A stretch of 64,000 nucleotides of DNA from an uncultured virus (IMG/VR IMGVR_UViG_3300023196_001660) (IMGVR_UViG_3300023196_001660), one strand, 5' to 3'. Counted from the stretch's first letter, positions 10,680-21,236 are shown. Notes: generated by a model from the sequence alone, not told the origin. Numbers and translations are program-made.

Positions 10680-12023
10680 CTAAGGTAATAAAGAGTCTAT
10701 TGTAATATCTGCAGGAGCTTTAGTACTAGTATTAGCACTACTACTTGTGGAAACTGCACTTAATTTAGCACTCTTTTTAATTCTATCTCTAAGTGAAACA
10801 ATCTTTTGTGTTCCTACTTTAGAATCAACTAATTTAGATAAATCATAACCTTTAAATCGAAGATATTTAACTTGTAGTTGTTGTTCAAGTGTTTCTTTTT
10901 TACTATCCAACATTTCTTTGCTATTACCTTTATCATCGACAGCAGTAGACAAATAATCAAAGAAAGCAGGTTTATCAGTATCAGGAATAGTAATATCACT
11001 TAAAGTTCCTTTATTTACTGTTACTTCTACATTCCCCCAATATTCTTCATTTGCTTTATTACGCTCTTTAACACTTTGTTCATAAGCATTATCTCTATCA
11101 GTTGTTTGTTTTTCTTCGTAAGTTTGTAAAGCAGGTAAAGCTTTTCCAATTTCTTTATCTACTGTGTTACTATCTACGAAAAGTTGTAATAAATCATTAA
11201 TACGTTCTTCAGCTAAACCAGTAACTTCATAAGAACGTCTAATATATTTCAACTTATCATCTTTACTCATAGTGGTAATATCCAATTTTGAATAATCTAT
11301 AGAACTTTTATAAGTATCTACAGTTCCACCACTTAAAAGATGTTTTGTGATTTCAGCTAATTCTGGAGTTTGACTAAAAAACTCACCTTTCCACTCTTCA
11401 AATCGTTGAGCAGAAACATCATTAGTAAAATCTTTAATACCTGCATCATCATCGGAATAAATTTTAGTAGTACCATCATCATTAAGAAATTCATATTCAC
11501 TTTCTGAATGTAATTTATTAACTACTGTGTTTTCAACTGCAAGTTCTACATTAGTTTTAACTATGTTTCCTTCGGTATCTATTTGATTACCTTTATCATC
11601 CAAAGTTAAAGTTTCTTCTTCTGTAGAATATTCTAACAGTTTTTCAAAAGATACTAATGTATTACCATTAGCGTCTAGTATATTTCCTTCTGCATCAAAT
11701 GAACTCCCTTTATGTTTAGTTAATAAATCGGTACGAATACCTTTATCATCGTCACTAAGAGTGGTCTCATCTTTAAAAGAACTTAATAATGTTTTAAGAC
11801 TATTACTATTTTCTTCTTGAGCAGCAGCTATTTGTTCAGGTGTTAAATCACCTTCAGAACCTTCATCTGCACCTTTAGCTTTTAAAGCAGCTTCGTCAGC
11901 TATTCTTTTTGCTTCTACTTCTTCAGGTGTAGGGGCACTATCATTAGGAGGAATAGGAATTCTATTCTCATTTTCTCCAGTATTTATTACGTTATCTAAT
12001 GTAATTTCGGTATTATCTTGCAT
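10680..12023 (-). CDS. Acidic protein between portal and MCP, probable scaffold/assembly protein
   Basis: 447 aa, very acidic N-terminal half, helical C-terminal half; conserved crAss position. Confidence 0.6.
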   Translation of the reverse strand: MQDNTEITLDNVINTGENENRIPIPPNDSAPTPEEVEAKRIADEAALKAKGADEGSEGDLTPEQIAAAQEENSNSLKTLLSSFKDETTLSDDDKGIRTDLLTKHKGSSFDAEGNILDANGNTLVSFEKLLEYSTEEETLTLDDKGNQIDTEGNIVKTNVELAVENTVVNKLHSESEYEFLNDDGTTKIYSDDDAGIKDFTNDVSAQRFEEWKGEFFSQTPELAEITKHLLSGGTVDTYKSSIDYSKLDITTMSKDDKLKYIRRSYEVTGLAEERINDLLQLFVDSNTVDKEIGKALPALQTYEEKQTTDRDNAYEQSVKERNKANEEYWGNVEVTVNKGTLSDITIPDTDKPAFFDYLSTAVDDKGNSKEMLDSKKETLEQQLQVKYLRFKGYDLSKLVDSKVGTQKIVSLRDRIKKSAKLSAVSTSSSANTSTKAPADITIDSLLP

Positions 12024-12050
12024 AATCTTATTATTAGTTAAAATCTATTA

Positions 12051-14411
12051 TTAATTATTTGCGTTATTAGAACCCATATGCTTTATACGAGCTTTTACTT
12101 CTTTATCTTTAATATTTGTTACTCTTTCATCCAATTTTTGTTTTTGGTTATCTATTCTAATTTTATGGTCATTCATTCTAACCGTTTCAGTTTCATCTGT
12201 TTTATCATTAACACCATCACCGTCTTTATCAGTATCTACATCTTGTCCTAATTCTAAAAGTTTACTATCTATTGCAGTATCATATTTCTTATCAGCTTCA
12301 TAGTATTTAACTTCTCTATCAGCTTCTTTAGTTTCAGATTCTAATTGGGCAATTCCTTCGCTACTTGCTTGAGCAGATTGTTGCATAGCCTCTTCTCTTT
12401 CTTTATTCATAGCATCCATCTTCTTAATAATCTCTTTAGTTCTAGCAAAATTATTAATATCTATTAGTTCTAGCATTTCACTAGTTTCTCCATTTTGTCC
12501 AATACTAAAGCCATATTCTTTTGCCATTTGTATTTTCTCGCTTTCTTTCTTACTATTTAAAACATGAACATTAAAATCAGTTTCTAAACGATATAAAGCA
12601 TCATCTGCATTCATTGTTAAGAAAGCTTCTCTACCATTAGAGTTAATATACTTTCCTTTCTTACCCTCTAAATAAGCAATCTTGGAGAGGTCTAACAGTC
12701 CTTCATAGTCTTTTTCTTGGAACTTCTCAAACTTTCTATTTAATTCTTCACTTATAATAGCACTTCTATAAATAGCTTGTTCTGTAACAGCTTTACCATC
12801 ACTAGCCATACTATCTCCATAACGTTGTCTATTCATACCTATATGCTCCCACCATTCAGACTTAACAGCTTGCATTAGTTCAATACTTTCTTTAGCATAT
12901 GCACCAAGACTCATATCAAGTATCTTCATACCTTGCATAGCAATTGCAGCAGTTGGAGAAGTTTCATCTATTACCATCATACTATTAGCATGAGCATAAT
13001 ACATGAACTTCTCTTCGTCCCATCCACCTACTCCTTTAGGTATTAGACCTTGTGGTATTACTGCTATCTTATCTTTATTCTTATTAACTATCTTTTCAAA
13101 TTGATAGTGTAGAATATTGTATACAATCTGATAAGAACGACCAGCACTTACAATACTTAAAGGCTTACCAGTTACACTTCTATTTACACGTCCATTATAA
13201 GATAATTTTTGAGCAGAACTATTATTAAGTTCCATTCTATTATAAGGAAGAGGTCTTACATCTAAATAAATAGCTCTATTTTCATCTCCTACTCTCCAAC
13301 CTTCTCTAACTTCACTTATCCATTCCCACTCAATGTTTATATCTCCTGCTTCCTTATTAAGGGTATAAGTATCATCTACTTCAGTTTCTTCTATTTGACC
13401 TAATGGACTTAAATATGAAAGAATACCAACTTTCTTCATACTTCTATGTTGTACGTGATAAACTTCTATTCCATTAGTTTCTTTAAGAATACTGTATCTA
13501 TTGTAATCAGTTCTGTTATCAATCCATTGTGTAGGTAGTCGAATATATCCGTTAGAATTAGTATTGCCATTACCATTAATAGCTTCTTCTTCTAACCAAG
13601 CAACATCTTCAGGAGATAATTTATCGTGCCATCTATCAAGTATTTGATTAGCACTTAAGACTTGTCGTCTAGTAATCCAATCAGCATCTTCAATAAAATT
13701 ACTTTTAACATAATGGGTATTAGGTAGAGTAACTTCCCAAGGAGGAACAACTTCAAAGTCTATATCATTATGAAAGATACCTTTATAACTACAAACCATA
13801 CCAGCTTTAAGCCAATCTACATAAGCATCTTGATACTTATCTTCTAAATCTTGGTCATAATGTATATAGTCTAAAACTTCTTGACCACTTATAACTCTAT
13901 TAGAATCATAATCTCTATTAAAAGCGTCTACAGTTTGTTGAACGGGTTGTTGTTCTACAGTTTCTTTGCCTGTTTGTAAACCTAGTTCATTAAGTTGATT
14001 AATACTTTGTTGGGTATAATAAGCTTTAAGTGCCTGACTAAGTCCTTTTTTATAATCGTTATCATCAGATGGATTAGAATCAAGAACTTGCATATTTTTA
14101 AATCTTTGACTAAACTCTCCCGAATATAGATTGACCACTGGTGAAATTATATCAAAATTTCTTAAAGTAGTACCAAATCTCTTATACCTATCAACAGTAG
14201 TATTAAAAGGATTTAAAACATAATTATAATCAGATTCATCAAGTACCCCTTCGGTAAGTCTATAAAAAGAAATTATTTCTTCTCTATTATTATTTTCAAT
14301 AGTTTCATCAATAAAATAATCAATAGAAGTTTCAGCAGGAGTTCTCCCTGTATTAGTATCTCTTTTATTCTTTTCAGCTGTACTTATTTTTTGTCTTGGA
14401 TATATAGCCAT
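12051..14411 (-). CDS. Portal protein
   Basis: 786 aa directly after the terminase; LRNFDIISPVVN, W..IGMNRQRYG motifs; coiled-coil C-terminus with DKDGDG. Confidence 0.88.
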   Translation of the reverse strand: MAIYPRQKISTAEKNKRDTNTGRTPAETSIDYFIDETIENNNREEIISFYRLTEGVLDESDYNYVLNPFNTTVDRYKRFGTTLRNFDIISPVVNLYSGEFSQRFKNMQVLDSNPSDDNDYKKGLSQALKAYYTQQSINQLNELGLQTGKETVEQQPVQQTVDAFNRDYDSNRVISGQEVLDYIHYDQDLEDKYQDAYVDWLKAGMVCSYKGIFHNDIDFEVVPPWEVTLPNTHYVKSNFIEDADWITRRQVLSANQILDRWHDKLSPEDVAWLEEEAINGNGNTNSNGYIRLPTQWIDNRTDYNRYSILKETNGIEVYHVQHRSMKKVGILSYLSPLGQIEETEVDDTYTLNKEAGDINIEWEWISEVREGWRVGDENRAIYLDVRPLPYNRMELNNSSAQKLSYNGRVNRSVTGKPLSIVSAGRSYQIVYNILHYQFEKIVNKNKDKIAVIPQGLIPKGVGGWDEEKFMYYAHANSMMVIDETSPTAAIAMQGMKILDMSLGAYAKESIELMQAVKSEWWEHIGMNRQRYGDSMASDGKAVTEQAIYRSAIISEELNRKFEKFQEKDYEGLLDLSKIAYLEGKKGKYINSNGREAFLTMNADDALYRLETDFNVHVLNSKKESEKIQMAKEYGFSIGQNGETSEMLELIDINNFARTKEIIKKMDAMNKEREEAMQQSAQASSEGIAQLESETKEADREVKYYEADKKYDTAIDSKLLELGQDVDTDKDGDGVNDKTDETETVRMNDHKIRIDNQKQKLDERVTNIKDKEVKARIKHMGSNNANN

Positions 14412-14437
14412 TGTATTTCTTTGTATTATTTTAATAG

Positions 14438-16738
14438 TTAGAAAAGTTGTCTATCAAAGATATTAACTTGTCCGTTAACATTTCTTTCAATAGGTTTTCT
14501 TACTTCTGTAAAAAATTGTTCTTTAATATCATACTGTCCTACTATTAAAGCAGAAACTCTATCGAAGTTACCTTTATCTAGTTTATAACGTAGTAACTCC
14601 TTTAGTAGTGCTTCACTATAAATATAGTGTAAATTCATTAATGTACCACCAAATCCGTCTTTAACTCTCTTGGTTACTAACCAATCTCGTAAATATATAA
14701 CACCATCGAGTTTTCGTGGTACATTTATCGTCATACCTTTATTCCTACCTGTCTTTTTAGTTTGTAAGGCTTTTTTCCAAACAACATCAGGTTCATCAGC
14801 CAATCTATGTAACATTTTATGTTGTTTAGCATATGTTAATACATCACCTCTATCATTTTCAAACATAATTACTGCATTAAAGTATTCAGCAGCAGCAAAC
14901 ATAATTTCATTAAAGGCATCTGTAGTATTAGGTCGTCCTGTAAACTCGGCTACTAACCTATCTCCTAATCCAGGAGTTATATTATTAGTTCTTTCATACA
15001 CATAAAAAGAACCTAAAGAGTCTCTAGATGTAATATCTTTTGTATCCTTACTTATTGCATAAGGGTCATGATGTATTCTATACAGATTATCAGGTATTTG
15101 TCCTGCTATACTATTAGGTCGTTCTGCACTAGGTAATAAATTATTAATAGTAGTTTTAGCCTTATAAGGTGGTGACCACATTACAAAACATCCATGAGCA
15201 TCATCTTCCTTACGTAAAGGGAAATTAAGTATAGGAGGATGATAATACTTTAGTTCCTCCTTATCCATAAACATATGGTCTTTAAATACCACACCTTTAG
15301 AAGTTCTAACTAAATTACCTGTACGTTGTAATGCTTTAATATCAGGGTCACGTTGTACTCTTTTAAGTTGTTCTTCAAGTTCTGCAGCAGGGAAGATACC
15401 ACTACTATCTCTACTAAAGGCTTCTTTAGGAGTAAAAGGTTCTTCCATAATATAGTCCACAAGTTTCTTAGCACTTTTAGACCTTTTCTTTTTCTCTCTT
15501 TCACCTTTCTCATATTCAACAGCTCCATTAATATTACTATTACCATGTATATCAACAAATCCTTCTTTACCCATATAACTAGGTACAAAGAAACCACATT
15601 CAGTACCTCTAGCATCATCATCCCAAATATTATTGAAAGCAAGGAAATCATCTGCACTTGGAGTATAAAATAAATCTTCAAAACCTTCCCATTGTTTATC
15701 TTCTCCACCACCAGTTCCAAAAACAATTAGCAATCCTGTTAAAGTAGTACCTGCTTTAAGTGTTGGAAGAGTAGATGCAAGTACAGCAGATAGAATAGGG
15801 TTTTTACCAGCTTCCTCTATTAACATAAAGTCAGCACTCTTTCCTCTTAAAGCTCCTGCATGATTAGGTGCAAAAGATGTAGCTAACACAGTACTTTTAA
15901 ACCCTCTTACAATACCTAAACCATCATTAAGTTTATATCCGAATTTAATGAAATCTTGCTTATCTATTATCCTACGTTTCTTCCAATCAGTTTCAGCACC
16001 TAGATGTTGTAGATAATCATTAGTCATTTGCATTGTACCTTCTGGATATAAACTATCAGAAGTAAACGCACCCATAGCAGTAGTAGTGTTTCTATAAAGG
16101 TCAGCTCTATTAGCACATATCCAACCATTCTTATAACTATATCCTTTTCTACGAGCTTTACCAACAACTAAGTGACGACCTACTTTACGAGCTAGTTCAA
16201 CAGCTTTAAAATAATAGTAATCACTATCAAAGAACTGAGGTAAGCTAACAACTTTAGCTTCACTTAATTCATTAACGGATTTACCTTGTAAAAGGTATTC
16301 TTCTATAAGTAAGAGAGTTTCAGGGGCAACACGTTTAATAGGAGCATAGTTAAGATAACCATAATGTTCTCCAGTAATATGTAAATCTTGTAAAGTATAA
16401 CTACCATCTTTTCTCTTAACAAGAGAACAAGGTAAAGTCATACCTTCTATTCTCTTCTTTTCCTCTCTATCCCAAAACTCATCAAATAGCTTCTTATCGT
16501 AAATAGGATGTAAAGGAGTATATATACCATGTTTTAAAAAGTATTTACCAACCTTACTAAACTCTTCAGTATTGATAAAAGCTACATCTATTGGTTCATA
16601 TAATAGCTCACCAGAAACTCCCTCTACAGTAGTAAAAGGAGTTGTCATCGGTTTAATAGTTTTATCAGGTACTAGACTCATTACTAGAGCAGGGTCTAAA
16701 CCATTAACTATGTTATAGCTATTATATTCTAAATGCAT
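14438..16738 (-). CDS. terL: Terminase large subunit
   Basis: Walker A GKARRKGYSY, Walker B MLIEEAG, GTGG coupling motif, RNase H-type nuclease residues (HDPY, RDS, FEND, DRVSA). Confidence 0.92.
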   Translation of the reverse strand: MHLEYNSYNIVNGLDPALVMSLVPDKTIKPMTTPFTTVEGVSGELLYEPIDVAFINTEEFSKVGKYFLKHGIYTPLHPIYDKKLFDEFWDREEKKRIEGMTLPCSLVKRKDGSYTLQDLHITGEHYGYLNYAPIKRVAPETLLLIEEYLLQGKSVNELSEAKVVSLPQFFDSDYYYFKAVELARKVGRHLVVGKARRKGYSYKNGWICANRADLYRNTTTAMGAFTSDSLYPEGTMQMTNDYLQHLGAETDWKKRRIIDKQDFIKFGYKLNDGLGIVRGFKSTVLATSFAPNHAGALRGKSADFMLIEEAGKNPILSAVLASTLPTLKAGTTLTGLLIVFGTGGGEDKQWEGFEDLFYTPSADDFLAFNNIWDDDARGTECGFFVPSYMGKEGFVDIHGNSNINGAVEYEKGEREKKKRSKSAKKLVDYIMEEPFTPKEAFSRDSSGIFPAAELEEQLKRVQRDPDIKALQRTGNLVRTSKGVVFKDHMFMDKEELKYYHPPILNFPLRKEDDAHGCFVMWSPPYKAKTTINNLLPSAERPNSIAGQIPDNLYRIHHDPYAISKDTKDITSRDSLGSFYVYERTNNITPGLGDRLVAEFTGRPNTTDAFNEIMFAAAEYFNAVIMFENDRGDVLTYAKQHKMLHRLADEPDVVWKKALQTKKTGRNKGMTINVPRKLDGVIYLRDWLVTKRVKDGFGGTLMNLHYIYSEALLKELLRYKLDKGNFDRVSALIVGQYDIKEQFFTEVRKPIERNVNGQVNIFDRQLF

Positions 16739-16741
16739 ATG

Positions 16742-17230
16742 TTACTTATTTTCCCAATCTATTTGTATTATCTGAAGTATATCATAATAATCATCCATAC
16801 CTGCATTTCTAGCGAATTGCATATCAGTTATATAATCTCCTAACATAACAGATTCTTTAATATCTAATTCATATTCTAAGGCAGCTTCAAAAGCCATTCC
16901 GGGATTAGGTTTCCTATCATATCCATCCATACCTGTACAATAGAAGTATGATACAGAGTTCGCTTTAAACTCTAATCTTTTTTCAAGAGTACAACATATC
17001 TTATCTATCTTATCTATAAAAACCTTTTCTGCCATATACCCTTCTCCAATACCACCTTGATTAGTTACTATAATAATTTTATAACCTTGTTTATAGAAAT
17101 ATGTAAGAGCTTTAAGTGTTTCAGGTATAAATCTCCAATCAGCACTATGTATAGGGAATTTTCTACCACTATTTGTTCTAATTAGTGTGCCATCTAAATC
17201 AGTAAATAAGGCTTTAGTTAACTTAGCCAT
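16742..17230 (-). CDS. HAD-family phosphatase, polynucleotide 3'-phosphatase (PNK3P)/GmhB-like
   Basis: DLDGTLI..NSGRKFP...DWRF, IVTNQ, RKPNPGM, LGD...DM motifs; start chosen at MAKLTK (17230), coupled to the upstream stop. Confidence 0.85.
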   Translation of the reverse strand: MAKLTKALFTDLDGTLIRTNSGRKFPIHSADWRFIPETLKALTYFYKQGYKIIIVTNQGGIGEGYMAEKVFIDKIDKICCTLEKRLEFKANSVSYFYCTGMDGYDRKPNPGMAFEAALEYELDIKESVMLGDYITDMQFARNAGMDDYYDILQIIQIDWENK

Positions 17231-17480
17231 AATGTTCACTTTTAGGTTTATTACAATTATCACAAATCATACCTGTATTACTTGATATAAAATAAGGACA
17301 ACCATCTTCAGTTTCTATTTGATGCATAAGTATTATTTTAGCTCCCATACAAATATCACAAGTATAAGAAGTAGTGCCTCCACTTATCCATTGATTTACA
17401 TCACCTGCAATATGAGGTGGCTTACTTACTATTCCTTGTCCATCGCATTTAGGACATTTTTGATAAGGTATTGTTTCCAT
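17223..17480 (-). CDS. Small Zn-finger protein (DnaJ-type CxxCxGxG)
   Basis: CPKCDGQG ... CDICMGAK plus additional C..CxxC..H residues. Confidence 0.65.
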   Translation of the reverse strand: METIPYQKCPKCDGQGIVSKPPHIAGDVNQWISGGTTSYTCDICMGAKIILMHQIETEDGCPYFISSNTGMICDNCNKPKSEHYG

Positions 17481-18466
17481 TACATTATACCGAATTTAGT
17501 ATTAGTAGTAATTCCTTTATTTATGAAGTGTTTAAGCATATTACTTATATCTTCTTTTAAATACCTAACTTTAATAAGTTTAGGCTCTTGATTAGGTCGC
17601 ATATGAAAAATCTCTAGTCCGTTAGGTACTAGAGAATATCCCCATAACTCCATTATAAAAGCATATAGACTTAGTTGTAAAGTATATAACATACCTTTAC
17701 AATCCTGTATATGATTAAGTGGAGTAAATAAATGTTTCTTAAAAGGTGTCCAATTAGTACTTTTAACCCATTTATGATTAATTTTTACTTTCTTATAATA
17801 ACCACTAGTAAACTTCATTTCATCCTTATTAGTCTTCCAATCTAATATAGCAAATTGCTTACCTTTAACTATCAATACATCTATCATACCAGCCACACCA
17901 AATTGTACAGTATATATACGCTTCTCAGCATACAGTACACAACCAAAGTTTATGTAAGCTAGTAATCTTTTATATATTGTAGGAAATGTGTCTTGAAGTG
18001 TTGTAGTATCTAAATCGTGTTTAGTTCTTATTTCTACTAATCCTATTCGTTGCATAGCTACAGCAAGTTGAGGTTCTATTTGAGTATTACTACTGCCATC
18101 ATCACCCTTACTTAAATTGATACTATCTTCAAGGTAATCGTGTGTATTATTTCCTCTCTCACAAGCTTCTTCAGTTAGGTTTTGCCATTTCTTAACAAGT
18201 AATTTAACTTCATGACCATTAATAGGATTCTTATATAAACTAGTTAATGTACGATGTCTATTATTAACTACTATATGTTTTTTATCTCTTGTAGGTCTTA
18301 CATTATATCCAGCATTTTTAAGAGCAGTGTACATACTCCAATACTTCTCATTAAAAGGCTCTTGATACTGTCCTATTAATGTAGTAACACTTGTATATAC
18401 TCTACCAGTTTCATCAGAGTATTTATGTTCATTAGGTTCAAATGTAAGTTTAATTTGTTTTTCCAT
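17480..18466 (-). CDS. PD-(D/E)XK nuclease (RecB/Cas4-like)
   Basis: SVTT, RGNNTH, YAEKR, GMIDVL, ILDWKT, QLSLYA motifs. Confidence 0.85.
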   Translation of the reverse strand: MEKQIKLTFEPNEHKYSDETGRVYTSVTTLIGQYQEPFNEKYWSMYTALKNAGYNVRPTRDKKHIVVNNRHRTLTSLYKNPINGHEVKLLVKKWQNLTEEACERGNNTHDYLEDSINLSKGDDGSSNTQIEPQLAVAMQRIGLVEIRTKHDLDTTTLQDTFPTIYKRLLAYINFGCVLYAEKRIYTVQFGVAGMIDVLIVKGKQFAILDWKTNKDEMKFTSGYYKKVKINHKWVKSTNWTPFKKHLFTPLNHIQDCKGMLYTLQLSLYAFIMELWGYSLVPNGLEIFHMRPNQEPKLIKVRYLKEDISNMLKHFINKGITTNTKFGIM

Positions 18467-18752
18467 TATTATCGTCTTTCACAGATTTATAATTATCTTT
18501 ATAGTATTCATCGACATCTTCTTGAAAAGTTCTATCTATCTTATGTTGCTCATTATATATTTTAACTAGTGCTTCATAAGGTATAAGTACTTTAATGACC
18601 ATTAAATCAGCAGTAACTATAGAAGCCATCCCATCATAAGTTCTAACAATTCTCTTAACTTGTGTTGGATGAAAGTCAAGAATAGCAGCTGCAATATTTA
18701 CATTACCTTTAACGTCTTGTACTTCAATATTTACTGATACAGGTCGTAACAT
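18450..18752 (-). CDS. Hypothetical protein
   Basis: 100-aa ORF overlapping both neighbours in the operon. Confidence 0.6.
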   Translation of the reverse strand: MLRPVSVNIEVQDVKGNVNIAAAILDFHPTQVKRIVRTYDGMASIVTADLMVIKVLIPYEALVKIYNEQHKIDRTFQEDVDEYYKDNYKSVKDDNNGKTN

Positions 18753-19429
18753 TATTTTTCTCTATTATTTAATTCACCGCCACCAAAAATCTTATTACTA
18801 GTTCCAGATTCTTTAAGTAGTTTTTGTTTTAATTTTTCTACAGTATCAAAAGCTATAGGAAGATTATTACTTATAGTAGTTATCTTATTTCCCATATCCA
18901 TTAATCTAACAGTAGCGTGATCAATTTCTCCTTCCAGTTGTTGACAAGTTTCTTCTAATGTAGTTACCTCCAATTCTTTAGTTTTGTCTAATATCTTTTT
19001 ACGCATCTTATCACGCATACTGTTAAAAAACTTTAAATCTTCTCCTAAGGAATAAACCCCTTTATTAGCATTTATATAACTATGATATAATGCTGACATA
19101 TCTAAAATACGTGTAAAAGCTTTTTGTGCTTTCTTAATAACCTCATCTACTTTCCAACCATCAGGAAGCTCTGCGTGCTCAATACATTTAAGATGTTTAG
19201 TCTTATCAGGTAAATCTCTATATATAGAAGCTGGATGCGTATATAAGTGTATATACATAAGTTCTTTAAATGCAAAAACTTTTTTCCTGCCATCATAATC
19301 ACCTTTAACTTTTCCACCTTTATCTCTTATTAAGATAGTATTGAAGGCAGTTACTGTTCTAACTTCAGGTTTATTAATTTCTAAAATACCTTCTTCGTTA
19401 ATAACAAATATATCTGTTACATCTTTCAT
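18752..19429 (-). CDS. Hypothetical protein, helical/coiled-coil
   Basis: 225-aa ORF, translationally coupled. Confidence 0.65.
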   Translation of the reverse strand: MKDVTDIFVINEEGILEINKPEVRTVTAFNTILIRDKGGKVKGDYDGRKKVFAFKELMYIHLYTHPASIYRDLPDKTKHLKCIEHAELPDGWKVDEVIKKAQKAFTRILDMSALYHSYINANKGVYSLGEDLKFFNSMRDKMRKKILDKTKELEVTTLEETCQQLEGEIDHATVRLMDMGNKITTISNNLPIAFDTVEKLKQKLLKESGTSNKIFGGGELNNREK

Positions 19430-19827
19430 AATACCTTATCAAATCTATTTTTAATTTTTACTAAATCAACAGTTTCTTTAAGACCTTTAAAAGTAACTCT
19501 AGTCATTTCTTTTCTACGTTTTTTAGTTTTATCTTTATTAAGCATTTTAGCTTCAAGTACTTTAAGATCGAACTCTTCTTTAGTTAAACTGTCTTTAAGC
19601 TTATTTAATTCAGCAGCTGCTTTACTTTTTTCTAAACCATGCTTTCTAACAAAACTTCCAAACAAAGGTAATCTTATTTCTAAACCTTTCTTAAAAGCAA
19701 GATTGCCAACTATAAGTTGGCTCTCTACTATTTCTCCTATCTCTTGAATAGAGATAATAATTCCTTCTTTAACAAGTTTGTTATGTATCTCAACAATAGC
19801 TTCTTTAGTTACATCATCTAGCTTCAT
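19426..19827 (-). CDS. HU/IHF-like DNA-binding protein
   Basis: Helix-helix followed by GLEIRLPLFGSFVRK (HU/IHF signature); basic C-terminus; IHF-like genes are typical of crAss late modules. Confidence 0.6.
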   Translation of the reverse strand: MKLDDVTKEAIVEIHNKLVKEGIIISIQEIGEIVESQLIVGNLAFKKGLEIRLPLFGSFVRKHGLEKSKAAAELNKLKDSLTKEEFDLKVLEAKMLNKDKTKKRRKEMTRVTFKGLKETVDLVKIKNRFDKVL

Positions 19828-19947
19828 ATCCTATATGGTATTCAGGGCAGTTCTTAGGTATTTCTATAGTTATACAATCTCCTGTATATTTTCCAAAAGT
19901 AACTATGTATCCTTTGCAATCAGTAGTTGTATAGAAATAGCTAAACA

Positions 19948-20433
19948 TTATTTAGTAATTTCTAATTGTATAGCATCTTCAACAGTTAAAGGCTCTTCTG
20001 CTTTACTATTTTTATCATCCTCAACTGTATACGTTTTAACATCCTTTAATGTTTTATCTACAGCGGCATTTCTTATACTAGTTTCAAGATTAAACCCAAA
20101 AGCACCAAACGCATTAAATAGTAACTCTCTATACAGAACTCTTTTATAGGGAGCTTTTAATGTATCAGCAGGATTTTTAATAACATAATCTAAACTAAAT
20201 AAAGTAAGTCTTTCCTTATTTTCTGTATTAGCTACAGTAAATATAATACGTTTACATCGTTGAGGTTTTACACCTTTAGCTACTTCTTCTTTACTTGGTA
20301 CTGTAGTACCCTTTATAATACGTACATCATATACTTTAGGTACTTTATGTATTACACATCTTTTATTAAGTGTAGTTACATATGCAGCTACCAACTCTAC
20401 AATATTAATTGTTTCTTTGGGATTGACTTTCAT
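19948..20433 (-). CDS. Hypothetical protein
   Basis: 161-aa ORF in the minus-strand operon. Confidence 0.6.
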   Translation of the reverse strand: MKVNPKETINIVELVAAYVTTLNKRCVIHKVPKVYDVRIIKGTTVPSKEEVAKGVKPQRCKRIIFTVANTENKERLTLFSLDYVIKNPADTLKAPYKRVLYRELLFNAFGAFGFNLETSIRNAAVDKTLKDVKTYTVEDDKNSKAEEPLTVEDAIQLEITK

Positions 20434-20668
20434 GTTTTATTGCTTTTGCTTTTATATTTAACTCTTTAAACTCCATTACCTCTTCAATAGTATCTACTTC
20501 ATAGCTCTTACCATATTCAATATAATAATCCCATACTTGAGGTAAGACTTTTGTTATCTTATATCCATTATCATGTAGGACATCAAATAAGGGTTCAATA
20601 ACAGTACTCTCTACTTTAATGTAAACAGTACTATTATTGACCACAGCCTTTATGAACAGTTTTGGCAT
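20405..20668 (-). CDS. Hypothetical protein
   Basis: 87-aa ORF in the operon. Confidence 0.55.
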   Translation of the reverse strand: MPKLFIKAVVNNSTVYIKVESTVIEPLFDVLHDNGYKITKVLPQVWDYYIEYGKSYEVDTIEEVMEFKELNIKAKAIKHESQSQRNN

Positions 20669-20677
20669 TACCTTAAT

Positions 20678-20893
20678 TTATTTCTTTTTACTAAATACTC
20701 CCTTTATTTTACCAAACACTTCTTTTACTTTGTTCCAAAGTTTATCAACATTAACAAGAACATAAGCAACACCAGTACCTATAGCCCATATTTCAGGAGG
20801 AAATGCAGGAGATAGAACAGTAAGTGTTAAACCACCTAGTACAATCGCACCTTCAGTAGTTTTAATCAAATCTTTAATAGTTTTAGCTTCCAT
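20678..20893 (-). CDS. Small membrane protein, holin candidate
   Basis: Two short hydrophobic segments and a basic C-terminal tail (KIKGVFSKKK); first gene of the leftward unit. Confidence 0.45.
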   Translation of the reverse strand: MEAKTIKDLIKTTEGAIVLGGLTLTVLSPAFPPEIWAIGTGVAYVLVNVDKLWNKVKEVFGKIKGVFSKKK

Positions 20894-20933
20894 AGTTTAA
20901 ATATTAGTTAAATATTCTTTATAATTAGGAGTA

Positions 20934-20964
20934 CAAGTTACAATAATCGTACCTACTTACCAAA
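20934..20964 (-). promoter_or_regulatory. Candidate Bacteroidetes-type promoter for the leftward (virion) operon
   Basis: Minus strand TTTG-N20-TAACTTG, an imperfect match to TTTG-N19/21-TAnnTTTG, about 40 nt upstream of the first gene. Confidence 0.4.
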
Positions 20965-21208
20965 CGATTATATAGTTATTTTATAATATTTTACACCATA
21001 TATATATATACCCCTAAAAAACCCTGTAAACGTGAGTACTAGAGCATCTATGAGAGCATACCGTATATGTAGAGATTAGACATAGTGTAAGAGGTGGTAG
21101 AGAATATAATGTTAAAAAATTTTTTGTATATTTTTTTAGAGTAGGTGAAAATAATTTTGCTGTGTTTTTAAGAGATAGAACCACCCTAACTCGAACCCAT
21201 AGCGAAGT

Positions 21209-21236
21209 TTTGACAATCGAAGTACCCGTACCTTTG
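21209..21236 (+). promoter_or_regulatory. Candidate promoter for the rightward unit
   Basis: Perfect -7 element TAccTTTG (21229-21236); TTTG/TTGACA upstream with a short 16-nt spacer. Confidence 0.45.

Noticed and set aside
17480..18466. Cas4 as part of a CRISPR-Cas system
   Set aside because: No Fe-S cysteine cluster, no other cas genes and no array; a stand-alone PD-(D/E)XK nuclease is ordinary in crAss-like phages.
21180..21236. Possible tRNA on the minus strand (GGTTCGAGT T-loop-like word)
   Set aside because: The flanks do not form a T-stem, and no acceptor or anticodon stems could be built.
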